A stretch of DNA of 57,344 bases from Anaerolineaceae bacterium. GTDB lineage: Bacteria; Chloroflexota; Anaerolineae; Anaerolineales; Anaerolineaceae. The DNA is taken from the NCBI GenBank assembly GCA_036825755.1, contig DAISXR010000004.1:1-57344 (forward strand). The letters run 5' to 3'. Made by a program: the position numbers and the translations under genes. The notes below the pieces were generated by a model. It worked only from the letters and a program-made list of their open reading frames with translations. It was not told the origin of the DNA and ran no database searches. Shown piece after piece: positions 34,651-44,657 of this stretch (positions are counted from its first letter, which is position 1; each line of letters starts with the position of its first letter).

Positions 34651-37350
34651 ATGACTACTCCCATTGTGCTAACCAAATTCGAACGTCCGAAACCTCGGCT
34701 CAATTCTGTTGCCCGCCCCCGGTTAATAGAACGGCTAAACGAGGGATGGAAACAGAACAGAAAGCTAACCCTCATCACCGCGCCGGCCGGTTTTGGGAAG
34801 ACGACTCTGGTCACCGAGTGGCTGAAGCAGATTGAGTGCCCGTTTGCCTGGATCTGCGTGGATGAAGAGGATAATGATCCGGTCCGATTCCTTGAACTGA
34901 TCACGGCAGCCTTACAGACGCTCGATGATCGCATTGGCCGTTCTGTTCAAAACATCCTTCAATCCAGGCAATACACCTCAACTCAACCTGTTTTATCGTT
35001 TGATCGGGATGTCTCCGGCATCAATTCATGGATTGCCGTTCTGATCAATGATCTGACTCAAGCATCCATTCCTGTAGGTCTCGTTCTGGACGATTATCAC
35101 CTGATTAACCAGCCGGTAATTCACCAGGCAGTTCAATATCTGCTGGAACACCAGCCAACCCACTTGCACCTGGTAATCATCACGCGTGAAGACCCGCCTT
35201 TCCCTTTGCCTCGCATGCGCGTTCGAACTGAGCTGACAGAGATCCGCGAACACGACCTGCGCTTTACCGAAAACGAGGCAGCCTCATTCCTGACCGGAAC
35301 GATGGGTTTGAATCTCTCTGCTGAAGCTGTCACAACCCTGGACACCCGCACCGAAGGCTGGATTGCCGGTTTGCAGATGGTAGCTTTGTCACTTGAGGGT
35401 CAAGACTCAGCGCAGGTAGAAGATCTGATCCACACATTCAGCGGCTCACATCACTACGTAATCGATTTTTTGGCTGAAGAAGTTCTTCGTCGTCAATCAA
35501 CAGGTATTCAGCGTTTTATGTGTCAGACAGCAATCCTTGATCGGATGTGTGCATCTTTATGCGACTCGATTTTGGAAGGAGAAAATAGTCAGGGGGTTCT
35601 TCTTCAGTTGGAACACAATAACTTATTTGTGGTTGCTTTGGATAGCCGTTCAGAGTGGTACCGCTATCACCATCTTTTTCGAGATTTTTTGCGTGCACAA
35701 TTACTTCCAAACGAACAGACTTCTCTTCATCACAAAGCCTCCGTATGGTATGAAGCCCATGGACTGCATCATCAGGCAGTAGAACATGCGCTGGCGGCAG
35801 GAAACCTGGACGAAGCAGTCCGAGTCATCAGAATCGCATCCAGGCGTGCGATTATGGAAGGCCATTTAACCACCATGTTAATGTGGGTAGATTCCCTTCC
35901 TGAGACACGGCTGCATGCCTGTATTGAGCTGGTAGCTTACAAAGGCTGGGGGTTGGTACTGATGGGGAAACTGGAGGCAGCTGAAACTATTGCTGCATGG
36001 GCAATGATCGATCCGACCGGTGACACGAACCAGGTTGAGTCAGGCGTACTGCTTTCGTTACAGGCTTATCTGGCTGTGCAGCGGGGAGATTACGCAAATG
36101 CACTGTACCTGGCGCAAAAAGCGCTGGCGGCTCTGGATAAAACCGACCCTCTCTTTCGAACCTTCCAATATGCTTCTTTGCTCAGCCTCGGCCATGCCCA
36201 ACGCGAGCTTGGCAACACACAGGCTGCAATTGAGACATTTCGTCAGGCGATTCCACAGGCACATCTGTATGGAGATAATCTGGGTACCATGGGCTTGCTG
36301 GAAGAACTATGTCTGTTGCTCCACATTCATGGAAGGCAGGAAGAGGCGGCAACCCTGTGCCAGCAGGCTATCGAGCGCTGCGCTGCTGAAGGCCATGATC
36401 CATTGCCCATACTCGGGATAACTTATATAATTCTGGCAATGATGTGTTATGAGAGTGACGAATTGTCTCAGGCATACAATTATGTGCGCCAGGGTTTGGA
36501 GCTTTGTCGGCAATTAATGATGCCGATGGAAACACTGCGCGGTCAGATCCTGTTGGCGTTTCTGCTGCAGGCTGCTGGCAAAGATCAGATGGCGTTGGCA
36601 AAGATGGAAGAAGCCAGCCAGATTGCTGTCCGTTTGAACGTTCCGCGCTTTTCTTGCCTGGTGAAGGCAGCAGCGGCTGATCTTCACCTTCGACAGGGAC
36701 GTCTGGACCAGGCTGCGAACTGGGCTGAAAATACTCATTTGCTGATCAAAGAATTCCCGACAGAGATTTCTTCCCCTGAGAGGGACGCAGAGTACCGGAT
36801 TTTTGCCAGACTGCTTTTGAAACAAAAACGCTTTGATGAAATGCAGATAATCCTGTCGAGCCTTGTGCGTTCCGCCCAGGAAAAAGAACGTTTTGGGGAT
36901 CTAATCGATACACAAATCCTACAAATGCTATTATTTCTGGAATTAGGACGAACAGAAGCAGCGCTTGAGGAGCTCGATAAGGCGCTACGACTGGCATCAC
37001 CAAGGAGATATTATCGAGCTTTTATCGATGCCGGAAGTTCGATCATTGATATGCTTCCCAGCCTGCGATCTGTTGCACCGGAGATGGTTGACCGGTTGCA
37101 AAACAGTATGGTCACCGGCACAGGTCATAGAGCAGATTTGGTTTCTCCGCTGGTTGAGCCGCTCAGTGGGCGTGAACTGGAAGTTCTGCGCTTGTTGGCA
37201 GACGGTCTCTCTAATCGGCAAGCTGCTCAGGTGCTTTTCGTCACCGAAGAAACCATAAAAAAACACCTCAGCCACATTTATGGCAAGCTAGCAGTAAAAA
37301 GCCGCACGCATGCGGTAGCACGCGCCAGGGAAATGGGTCTGCTGGCTTAG
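34651..37350 (+). CDS. LAL/MalT-type large ATP-binding LuxR-family transcriptional regulator
   Basis: 899 aa with an N-terminal P-loop (TAPAGFGKTTL), a long TPR-like helical middle region, and a C-terminal LuxR HTH (LSGRELEVLRLLADGLSNRQAAQVLFVTEETIKKHLSHIYGKL). Confidence 0.9.
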   Translation: MTTPIVLTKFERPKPRLNSVARPRLIERLNEGWKQNRKLTLITAPAGFGKTTLVTEWLKQIECPFAWICVDEEDNDPVRFLELITAALQTLDDRIGRSVQNILQSRQYTSTQPVLSFDRDVSGINSWIAVLINDLTQASIPVGLVLDDYHLINQPVIHQAVQYLLEHQPTHLHLVIITREDPPFPLPRMRVRTELTEIREHDLRFTENEAASFLTGTMGLNLSAEAVTTLDTRTEGWIAGLQMVALSLEGQDSAQVEDLIHTFSGSHHYVIDFLAEEVLRRQSTGIQRFMCQTAILDRMCASLCDSILEGENSQGVLLQLEHNNLFVVALDSRSEWYRYHHLFRDFLRAQLLPNEQTSLHHKASVWYEAHGLHHQAVEHALAAGNLDEAVRVIRIASRRAIMEGHLTTMLMWVDSLPETRLHACIELVAYKGWGLVLMGKLEAAETIAAWAMIDPTGDTNQVESGVLLSLQAYLAVQRGDYANALYLAQKALAALDKTDPLFRTFQYASLLSLGHAQRELGNTQAAIETFRQAIPQAHLYGDNLGTMGLLEELCLLLHIHGRQEEAATLCQQAIERCAAEGHDPLPILGITYIILAMMCYESDELSQAYNYVRQGLELCRQLMMPMETLRGQILLAFLLQAAGKDQMALAKMEEASQIAVRLNVPRFSCLVKAAAADLHLRQGRLDQAANWAENTHLLIKEFPTEISSPERDAEYRIFARLLLKQKRFDEMQIILSSLVRSAQEKERFGDLIDTQILQMLLFLELGRTEAALEELDKALRLASPRRYYRAFIDAGSSIIDMLPSLRSVAPEMVDRLQNSMVTGTGHRADLVSPLVEPLSGRELEVLRLLADGLSNRQAAQVLFVTEETIKKHLSHIYGKLAVKSRTHAVARAREMGLLA

Positions 37351-37379
37351 CCTAAATTTCCACCCTTGTTTCCACTTTC

Positions 37380-37406
37380 GGGGAATGTCAAACATTCCCC
37401 TTTTTT
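37380..37406 (+). terminator. Rho-independent terminator after the LAL regulator
   Basis: ggggaatgt-caa-acattcccc followed by tttttt. Confidence 0.7.
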
Positions 37407-37425
37407 GTAGTCTATAGGTATCACC

Positions 37426-38553
37426 ATGAAAACATACTCAGACCTTGACCGCGCTATTGAGGCGCATATGCAGGCTCATCGTATTGTCGGGCTGGCTGCC
37501 TGCCGGCTGCAGGACGGACAAATCGTTTGGGCAAACGGCTATGGCTGGGCCGACATCGCCAACCGTAAACCCATGACACCCGATGTGATCTTAAATATTG
37601 GCTCGATCTCCAAAACGTTTACATGCACCGCACTGATGCAGCTATGGGAACAGGGCAAATTTCAGCTCGACGATCCGGTCAATGGGTACCTGCCCTTCAA
37701 AGTTCGACATCCGCTGCATACAAATCCCATCACCTTCCGTCATTTGTTGACACACACCAGCGCCATTCAAGACAGTCCGGCAAACGAGACCAGTTACTCT
37801 GTCGGCGATCCGGTCATTGCGCTGGGTGACTGGTTGCAAGATTATCTGACACCCGAGGGAAAGTACTACGAGGCAGAAGAAAATTTCCTGCCCTATGCTC
37901 CCGGCGCCGACTGGAACTATTCCAATGTAGCATTTGGGCTATTGGGTTACCTGTGTGAATGCCTGAGCGGTGAACCGCTTTTTCAATACACTCGTCGCTG
38001 CTTGTTTGAGCCACTGGGTATGCTCAACACCGGATGGATGCTGAAAGACATCGAACTTACCAACCACGCTATACCCTATGGATTGCCTGAATTGGCATCC
38101 ATGTATGCCAGTCTCTGTGCGGAGCAAGCTTCCCCGGCCACATCGGCTCCCATCCCGCTGAGGTTGTATTCATTCCCAAATTATCCTGACGGGCTGGTGC
38201 GTACCAGTGCCCGTCAACTTGCCATGTTTGGAGCCGTTTTTACCGCCTCGGGCGAACAACAGGGCTACCCGTTACTGAAAGCCGCCACCGTTCAACGCTG
38301 TTTCAGCCGGGAATGGAGTGCTCAAAATCCAAATGGGATCAGCGGCATCCAGGGGTTGGCGTGGCACAGCCTGCCACAGCCGGACGGGGCGTGTGTTTGG
38401 GAGCATACCGGCGGCGACCCGGGCATTAATACCTGCCTGGCCGTACGCCCTGAAGATGGAGCCGGTATTGTCATCTTAACCAACACAAATCACACACCCG
38501 AGAGCATGAACGCTCTAGCACACATGCTGTGGAAGATTGAGGTGTATCGATGA
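37426..38553 (+). CDS. Beta-lactamase-fold serine hydrolase 1 (class C / D-aminopeptidase / esterase-like)
   Basis: SxxK (GSISKTF), YxN (WNYSNVAF) and HTGG motifs. No obvious signal peptide. Confidence 0.85.
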   Translation: MKTYSDLDRAIEAHMQAHRIVGLAACRLQDGQIVWANGYGWADIANRKPMTPDVILNIGSISKTFTCTALMQLWEQGKFQLDDPVNGYLPFKVRHPLHTNPITFRHLLTHTSAIQDSPANETSYSVGDPVIALGDWLQDYLTPEGKYYEAEENFLPYAPGADWNYSNVAFGLLGYLCECLSGEPLFQYTRRCLFEPLGMLNTGWMLKDIELTNHAIPYGLPELASMYASLCAEQASPATSAPIPLRLYSFPNYPDGLVRTSARQLAMFGAVFTASGEQQGYPLLKAATVQRCFSREWSAQNPNGISGIQGLAWHSLPQPDGACVWEHTGGDPGINTCLAVRPEDGAGIVILTNTNHTPESMNALAHMLWKIEVYR

Positions 38554-39776
38554 AAATACTGTCATCCATCGCCAGTACAGTGTCCGGATTATTGCCATTT
38601 GCCGGTGCAGCACTTTTATTACGCCAACGTTTATCCGGAAACCCGGCACAATTTACAGATTTATCAGATCTGGAAACCTACCTGGAAATGCTGGTCAAAA
38701 AAGGAACGCCGCCCGGACTTACCCTGGCGGTAATGCGGGGAAATGAGACGGTTTATACCAGAGGCTTTGGTTATGCCGACGGTCCCAACCGCGTGCCCGC
38801 TGAGGTGGGTACCGTTTACAGGTGGTGGTCTGTCACCAAAATTGTGACTGCCATCGCGATCATACAATTAAGCGAGCAGGGATTATTGGATATCGATGCG
38901 CCGGTAAGCGAAATTCTCCCGTATTTCGAGATGCGCTATCGCAATGAAGGCGATTTACCGGTCACGGTGCGGCATCTGCTCAACCATTCTTCCGGGATGC
39001 CGGACAATGTGCCGGAGGTGATGGGCTGGATGCACCTGGTTGGAGAAGAGCGGCCGGATCAGACCACTCTGCTGCAGCATGTGCTGCCTAACTATACAAA
39101 ACTCAAATTTTCTCCCGGCCATCACAGTGTATACACCAATGTGGGATACATGGTGCTGGGAGCGATTGTCGAGCGGGTATCCGGGCTGACCTATGAAGAG
39201 TATGTGAAAGAGCGTATCCTGCAGCCGCTGGATATGTCACAAACCAGTTTTCTCTTCACACCTGAGATGATCGCTCATGCAGCAGCGGGTTCTCACCCGC
39301 TGGTGAATATCCAGACTGTACTCCTGCCCGTCATCTATGGGCGCCGGCTGAGCGGATTTGTCCGTCAGACCTGGCGGGGACGCTTGTGGTTCAACCGTTT
39401 CTACCCGAACAGTGACCCGCCAACCGGGTTGATTGGTCCTGCCGGTGAGATGGCGCGGTTGGGGGCAATTTTTCTGAACGGCGGTGAATGGCAGGGCAAC
39501 AGAATTCTCTCGCATGAAAGTGTGCGGGTGATGATGGAAGATAGTTGGGTCCCAGTGAAAGGATTCGGTCAGACAGATGCTCCTCTGCAGGGGCTGGGAT
39601 GGGAAGTTCGCTCACATGATCATGACTATATATTGATGCATGGTGGAGGTGGGCCTGGCTTTGGCTGCGCCATCCATCTGTATCCTGATCGCAAATTGGT
39701 GCTGGTGGTAATGGCCAACGACACCACCTATGACTCCCCCGGCATTCTCGATTTGGCAGCCAAATTGGACTGGTGA
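38550..39776 (+). CDS. Beta-lactamase-fold serine hydrolase 2, with an N-terminal hydrophobic segment
   Basis: SxxK (WSVTKIV), YxN (YTNVGY) and HGGGGPG. Its ATGA overlap with the upstream stop indicates coupling. Confidence 0.85.
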   Translation: MKILSSIASTVSGLLPFAGAALLLRQRLSGNPAQFTDLSDLETYLEMLVKKGTPPGLTLAVMRGNETVYTRGFGYADGPNRVPAEVGTVYRWWSVTKIVTAIAIIQLSEQGLLDIDAPVSEILPYFEMRYRNEGDLPVTVRHLLNHSSGMPDNVPEVMGWMHLVGEERPDQTTLLQHVLPNYTKLKFSPGHHSVYTNVGYMVLGAIVERVSGLTYEEYVKERILQPLDMSQTSFLFTPEMIAHAAAGSHPLVNIQTVLLPVIYGRRLSGFVRQTWRGRLWFNRFYPNSDPPTGLIGPAGEMARLGAIFLNGGEWQGNRILSHESVRVMMEDSWVPVKGFGQTDAPLQGLGWEVRSHDHDYILMHGGGGPGFGCAIHLYPDRKLVLVVMANDTTYDSPGILDLAAKLDW

Positions 39777-39784
39777 GCTGACGT

Positions 39785-40024
39785 ATGAAAACACTTTCGA
39801 AGGACTGGCCGGGATACTACGAATTTCGTCTCAAAGGCTACTTCAACGACCAACGTTTCGCGTGCTTTGCAGAAATGGATATCTCCGAACTGACTAATGG
39901 TGAAACCCGTCTGGCCGGTTGGATTGAGGATCAGGCTGCGATGTACGGCCTGCTAAGTCGGTTTCGTGATCTAGGTGTGTTATTGCTTTCTCTCAATCGG
40001 TTACATGGAGCAGACGAATCATGA
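39785..40024 (+). CDS. Small conserved-looking hypothetical protein (79 aa)
   Basis: YYEFRLKGYF...GETRLAGWIEDQAAMYGLLSRFRDLGVLLLSLNRL. I recall this pattern (DQAALHGLLxxxRDLGLxLLSV) from uncharacterised small proteins. Its stop overlaps the next start (ATGA at 40021). Confidence 0.5.
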   Translation: MKTLSKDWPGYYEFRLKGYFNDQRFACFAEMDISELTNGETRLAGWIEDQAAMYGLLSRFRDLGVLLLSLNRLHGADES

Positions 40025-41472
40025 CAACCTTACAAAACACTTTCTTTGAGCAGATCGATGAGATCAGGTGCGAATGGCATGTGCCGGGTCTTGCCCTCTG
40101 CGTGGTACAAAACGGTCAGGTGGCATTTTGCGCGGGGAGTGGATACAGAGATGTGGAGCATCAGCTCCCGGTTACTCCTCATACCCGTTTTGCAATTGGA
40201 TCTACAACGAAAGCATTTACTACTTTAGCGCTGGGAATACTGGTCGACGCCGGAAAACTGGATTGGGATACACCCGTGCGCTGCTATCTTCATGACTTTG
40301 GAATGTACGATCTTTTCGCTTCTGAACGCATCACCCCACGAGACCTCGTCACACATTGCTCCGGTTTACCCCGATATGACACGCTCTGGTACTTTGCCAA
40401 TCTGGATCGTCGCGAAATGATCAGACGGATCCGGTACCTTGAGCCCTCGTACGATTTCCGGCAGGTATACCAGTACAGCAATCTGATGTTTGCAGCAGCC
40501 GGTTACCTGATCGAGCAGATCTCCGGTGTGACGTGGGAAGAATTTGTTACCTCTCACATCCTGCAACCCCTGAAGATGACCGACTCAAGTGCAGGGCTTC
40601 CCAACTCTGTTGGCTTTGCAGATTTTGCGTTTCCCTATATGGAGCAAAACGGCTCTGCCGTACAAATCTCATTTTTTAACAAGTTAGCTATTGGCCCGGC
40701 TGGTTCGATCAGTTCCAGCGCCAGTGATCTGGCGAAGTGGTTGCTGCTCCATCTCAATGGGGGGGAGCACGCCGGGCAGTCGCTGATCTCGAAAGAAAAC
40801 CTGAGAGAAATGCATTCTCCCCAAATGGTCATCCGGGATATTGGACAATTGAGCCCCGGTGATCGTTTAGGTGGCTTTCCGGAAATCGGCCCCAGTTATT
40901 ACGGGCTGGGTTGGAGGTTGAACACCTATCGGGGTCATAATATGGTCCACCATTCCGGTTCTATCGATGGGTTCAATGCAATGGTGTCCTTTTTGCCCAA
41001 TGATGATATGGGCATCGCAGTGTTGACAAATGCAGATAACACGCTTTTACCCTATCCACTGATTTTTTCCATTTATGACCGCTTATTACAAATGGAACCC
41101 ATTGACTGGCTCCATCGCGTGAGCCAGATGCTGGCTGAAAGCGAAATAAACCCAGAGGATCCACAGGAAAACAATCGCGTCGCAGATACCCATCCATCCC
41201 ATCTCTGCCTCCAGGATTACGCAGGTAATTTTGAGCATCCCGCTTATGGTATTTTCTCGGTAGTTTTCGAAAATGATCGATTGCTTGCGCATTATTATGA
41301 TCAAACATTTCCACTGGACCATCATCACTATGATGTTTTCACATTCGCTTTTTCGCATCGTCAGGAAAAGGTGCCGGTCTCTTTTATGGGAGATAGAAGT
41401 GGGCGCATCAACCAACTCACGATCCCTTTGGAAACGGCCGTGAAAGACATCGTCTTCATCCGTAAGGATTGA
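40021..41472 (+). CDS. Beta-lactamase-fold serine hydrolase 3, with an extra C-terminal beta-domain
   Basis: SxxK (GSTTKAF), YxN (YSNLMF) and HSGS, plus an extension of about 110 aa as in DUF3471-containing PBP-like hydrolases. Confidence 0.85.
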   Translation: MTTLQNTFFEQIDEIRCEWHVPGLALCVVQNGQVAFCAGSGYRDVEHQLPVTPHTRFAIGSTTKAFTTLALGILVDAGKLDWDTPVRCYLHDFGMYDLFASERITPRDLVTHCSGLPRYDTLWYFANLDRREMIRRIRYLEPSYDFRQVYQYSNLMFAAAGYLIEQISGVTWEEFVTSHILQPLKMTDSSAGLPNSVGFADFAFPYMEQNGSAVQISFFNKLAIGPAGSISSSASDLAKWLLLHLNGGEHAGQSLISKENLREMHSPQMVIRDIGQLSPGDRLGGFPEIGPSYYGLGWRLNTYRGHNMVHHSGSIDGFNAMVSFLPNDDMGIAVLTNADNTLLPYPLIFSIYDRLLQMEPIDWLHRVSQMLAESEINPEDPQENNRVADTHPSHLCLQDYAGNFEHPAYGIFSVVFENDRLLAHYYDQTFPLDHHHYDVFTFAFSHRQEKVPVSFMGDRSGRINQLTIPLETAVKDIVFIRKD

Positions 41473-41673
41473 TCATGCACTGCTTAATTTTCAAAATGTG
41501 CATTTATAACCGGATTAAGCGCCAAATCAAAATGAATCTATCGGTGTGATAGGACAGGTCAAGAGCCTGTTTTCAAAATCAACCAAAAACTGAAATGAAA
41601 GCAAAAAGGTAATCTGCCAATTGACAAAATCGCGATCCATTTTTCTTAGGTCGTAAAGTAAGGAGAAAAGGAA

Positions 41674-43320
41674 ATGAAACGTTTCTGTCTATTCATCAGC
41701 TTGATTGTTGTAATTTCGATGCTGGTCGCCTGCGGTAACAAAACCGCAGCGCCCGAGCAACCGACAGCTGAAGTGGGGTTGGTGGGTGAGCCCGCGCAAA
41801 CCGAACCCCAGGTGGGGGGTACCTGGGTATATGCCACCGGAGATGAGCCGGATACGCTTGATGTCCAACGCACCGTTTCAGGCGACTCAGAATTAGTCAT
41901 GTCGCTTGTAGGCGGAACCATGCTGGCAGCAGATCCGGACACGAAAGAATTTGTGCCTTACCTCGCGGAATCTTATAACGTGTCGGAAGATGGTTCGTTA
42001 TGGGAGATCAAAATCAAAGATGGGATTACCTGGCATGATGGCACGCCTCTTACCGCAGAAGATTATGTGTTTACGATGGAACGCGTTTTGGCAAATCCCA
42101 GCCCTGCTACCGGTGCAATGACAGAAGGTATGGTTTCAGTTGAAGCCATTGATGATCTCACCGTCCAAATCCATATGGATACTCCGAATTCGGGAATGTT
42201 TTTCGGGTTAACCTGCGCATATATGCAGCCACTCCCAAAACATTATATCGAAGAGGTCGGAGATGAAGAGTTTGGTCGGAATCCAATCGGCGTCGGCCCG
42301 TATAAATTTAAGGAATGGATCACCGGGGACCGCATTATCCTGGAGCGAAATCCGGATTTCAATTGGGGGCCTCCTTTTGCGCATAAAGGACCGGCGTATA
42401 TCGAGACGATTGAAATCCGTTTTGTTCCCGAATACGTCACGCGGCTGGCAGGTATTGAAACCGGCGAGATTGATTTGTCCGTAATCCAAAACAAAGATGT
42501 CAAGCGTATTCAAGGATTGGATATCGTGGATATCATCACAACCGAATTCAAAGGCGCCGGTCCATACCTGTTATTCAACGTGAGCAAACCGCCTTTTGAT
42601 GACATCCTTGTCCGAAAAGCTTTCAACCTTGCCATCAACCGGGAAGAACTGGTACAGGCTGTCTTATTGGGTTTTGGAGAGCCATTGTGGGGTGTCATCA
42701 CGCCGGCAACTCTTGGACATTGGGATGGTGATAAAGAGATCGGATACGGCTACGATCTGGAGCAGGCCAAACAATTGATGGCTGAAGCAGGTTATACACT
42801 GAACAGTGAGGGAATCCTGGAAAAAGACGGTCAGCCATTGGTACTGGAGTTCAAGGTAAGCCCATCAGAACGTGGTGATTCCATTAAAACTGCTGAAATA
42901 TTACTCGAGCAGTTTAAAGCTCTGGGTGTTGAGTTGGATCTTCGGCAGTTGGAATACGGTGTCTGGCAGAGCGAACTCACGTCAGGAAATTACACCGTGA
43001 CCATTGATTCCTGGGGTTGGGCAGAGGCACAAATCCTGATGCCCATTTTCCATTCCAGCATGATGGGTGGAATGAATGTAGGTTATGTCAATGATCCTGT
43101 CCTGGATCCCATTTTGTTGGATGCATACATCGCTTCCAATCGTGACATCCTTCAGGAAAAGCTGAATGAAGCACAAAAATATGTCATCGAACAGGCTTTT
43201 ACCGCCCCCTTGTACAGCATACAAATGAATTATGGGCTCAGTCGAAAATTCGAAAACATCAAGGTGGATTTCCTGAATGTTTATCCTGTCCTGTATGATG
43301 CGTATCTGGCGCAACCTTGA
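41674..43320 (+). CDS. Family-5 (peptide/nickel-type) ABC solute-binding lipoprotein
   Basis: Signal peptide with lipobox LVAC and an SBP_bac_5-like body (WHDGTPLTAEDYVFT, GPYKFKEW). Confidence 0.88.
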   Translation: MKRFCLFISLIVVISMLVACGNKTAAPEQPTAEVGLVGEPAQTEPQVGGTWVYATGDEPDTLDVQRTVSGDSELVMSLVGGTMLAADPDTKEFVPYLAESYNVSEDGSLWEIKIKDGITWHDGTPLTAEDYVFTMERVLANPSPATGAMTEGMVSVEAIDDLTVQIHMDTPNSGMFFGLTCAYMQPLPKHYIEEVGDEEFGRNPIGVGPYKFKEWITGDRIILERNPDFNWGPPFAHKGPAYIETIEIRFVPEYVTRLAGIETGEIDLSVIQNKDVKRIQGLDIVDIITTEFKGAGPYLLFNVSKPPFDDILVRKAFNLAINREELVQAVLLGFGEPLWGVITPATLGHWDGDKEIGYGYDLEQAKQLMAEAGYTLNSEGILEKDGQPLVLEFKVSPSERGDSIKTAEILLEQFKALGVELDLRQLEYGVWQSELTSGNYTVTIDSWGWAEAQILMPIFHSSMMGGMNVGYVNDPVLDPILLDAYIASNRDILQEKLNEAQKYVIEQAFTAPLYSIQMNYGLSRKFENIKVDFLNVYPVLYDAYLAQP

Positions 43321-43441
43321 AATTAATCTACACATCCACCGTGATGTAAGGTGCCATCACCTCAGGGAAAAACAAAATATGCAGGTAGATCGAGTCACCC
43401 GGTTATGAAATCAGCGGGTTCTACCACAGCAGGAGAACATC

Positions 43442-44638
43442 ATGCTAAATAAAAAAACTGTCCCGAGTAAGTTGGATTTCATGCAGGACACACTGGATTT
43501 TTACAATCAACTCGGCTTGGATTTCAACGTTCCGGTGACTGACTCACCTGCTGATGCCTGGATGATTGTAAATGGCAGACGGGTTCTCAATCTTTGCAGC
43601 AACATCTACCTGGGGCTTGCCAATCACCCTCAGATCAAAGAAGCAGCCAAACAGGCGATCGATCGATGGGGTGTGGGTGCCGGCGCAGTACGTTTCTTTT
43701 CCGGCACCCAGGCAATCCATGTGGAATTGGAACGCAGTCTGGCCAAATTCAAAGGAACCGAGGCTGCCATGTACACGCAGACAGGTTTTATCGCAAACCT
43801 GTGCAGTGTATCCGCGCTGATGGGCCATGAAGATGTCGTTTTTTCCGACGCATTGAACCATGCCAGTATCATCGATGGGGCGCGGTTATCGAAAGCAAAA
43901 ATCGTAGTCTATGAGCACTGCGACATGAATGATCTGCGTTCAAAAATCGAGGAAAACCTCCAGGGTCACCGGCGTGGACTGGTGATTACCGATGGCGTTT
44001 TCAGCATGGATGGCGATCTTGCCCCATTGGATCAGATCGCCTCCATTGCTGAAGAGTACAACCTGCTTACTCTGGTTGATGACGCTCACGGCGAGGGGGT
44101 AATGGGCCATGGGCGTGGGATCGTTCATCATTATGGGCTCGAGGGCAAGATCGATGTGGAAGTAGGGACTCTCTCCAAAGCGCTGGGGGTGATTGGAGGG
44201 GTTGTCGCCGGAAAGAAATTGGTGGTTGATTTTATTCGCGCCGAGGGCCGGGCACAGAACTACTCCACCGCTACTACCCCGGCAGATACGGCAGCCTGCC
44301 TGGCGGCAATCAAACTACTCTGCAAATCAACCGAACTGGTTGATCGTCTGTGGGAAAACACGCGATATCTCAGGCAAGGTCTTGAAGTGCTTGGTTTCAA
44401 CCTCGGTATTACTCAAACACCTATTTTGCCGGTACTGTTGGGTGATGTTGGATTAGCTAAAAGTTTTGAGACCTGCCTGTTCCAGGAGAATGTGTTTGCG
44501 ATTGGAATCGGGTATCCCATTGTACCCAAAGGTGCCGCACGCCTGCGGGTGATGGTTTCTGCCTGTCACAGCCGGGAAGACCTTGATTTTGCTCTGTCCG
44601 CTTTCCAAAAGGTCGGCAGAGATTTGAACATTATCTGA
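43442..44638 (+). CDS. Alpha-oxoamine synthase family PLP enzyme (2-amino-3-ketobutyrate CoA ligase / AONS-like)
   Basis: NxYLGL, DALNHASIIDG, DDAHG and the PLP-lysine context TLSKALG. Confidence 0.85.
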   Translation: MLNKKTVPSKLDFMQDTLDFYNQLGLDFNVPVTDSPADAWMIVNGRRVLNLCSNIYLGLANHPQIKEAAKQAIDRWGVGAGAVRFFSGTQAIHVELERSLAKFKGTEAAMYTQTGFIANLCSVSALMGHEDVVFSDALNHASIIDGARLSKAKIVVYEHCDMNDLRSKIEENLQGHRRGLVITDGVFSMDGDLAPLDQIASIAEEYNLLTLVDDAHGEGVMGHGRGIVHHYGLEGKIDVEVGTLSKALGVIGGVVAGKKLVVDFIRAEGRAQNYSTATTPADTAACLAAIKLLCKSTELVDRLWENTRYLRQGLEVLGFNLGITQTPILPVLLGDVGLAKSFETCLFQENVFAIGIGYPIVPKGAARLRVMVSACHSREDLDFALSAFQKVGRDLNII

Positions 44639-44657
44639 GATCCAGGGAGATTATCTT

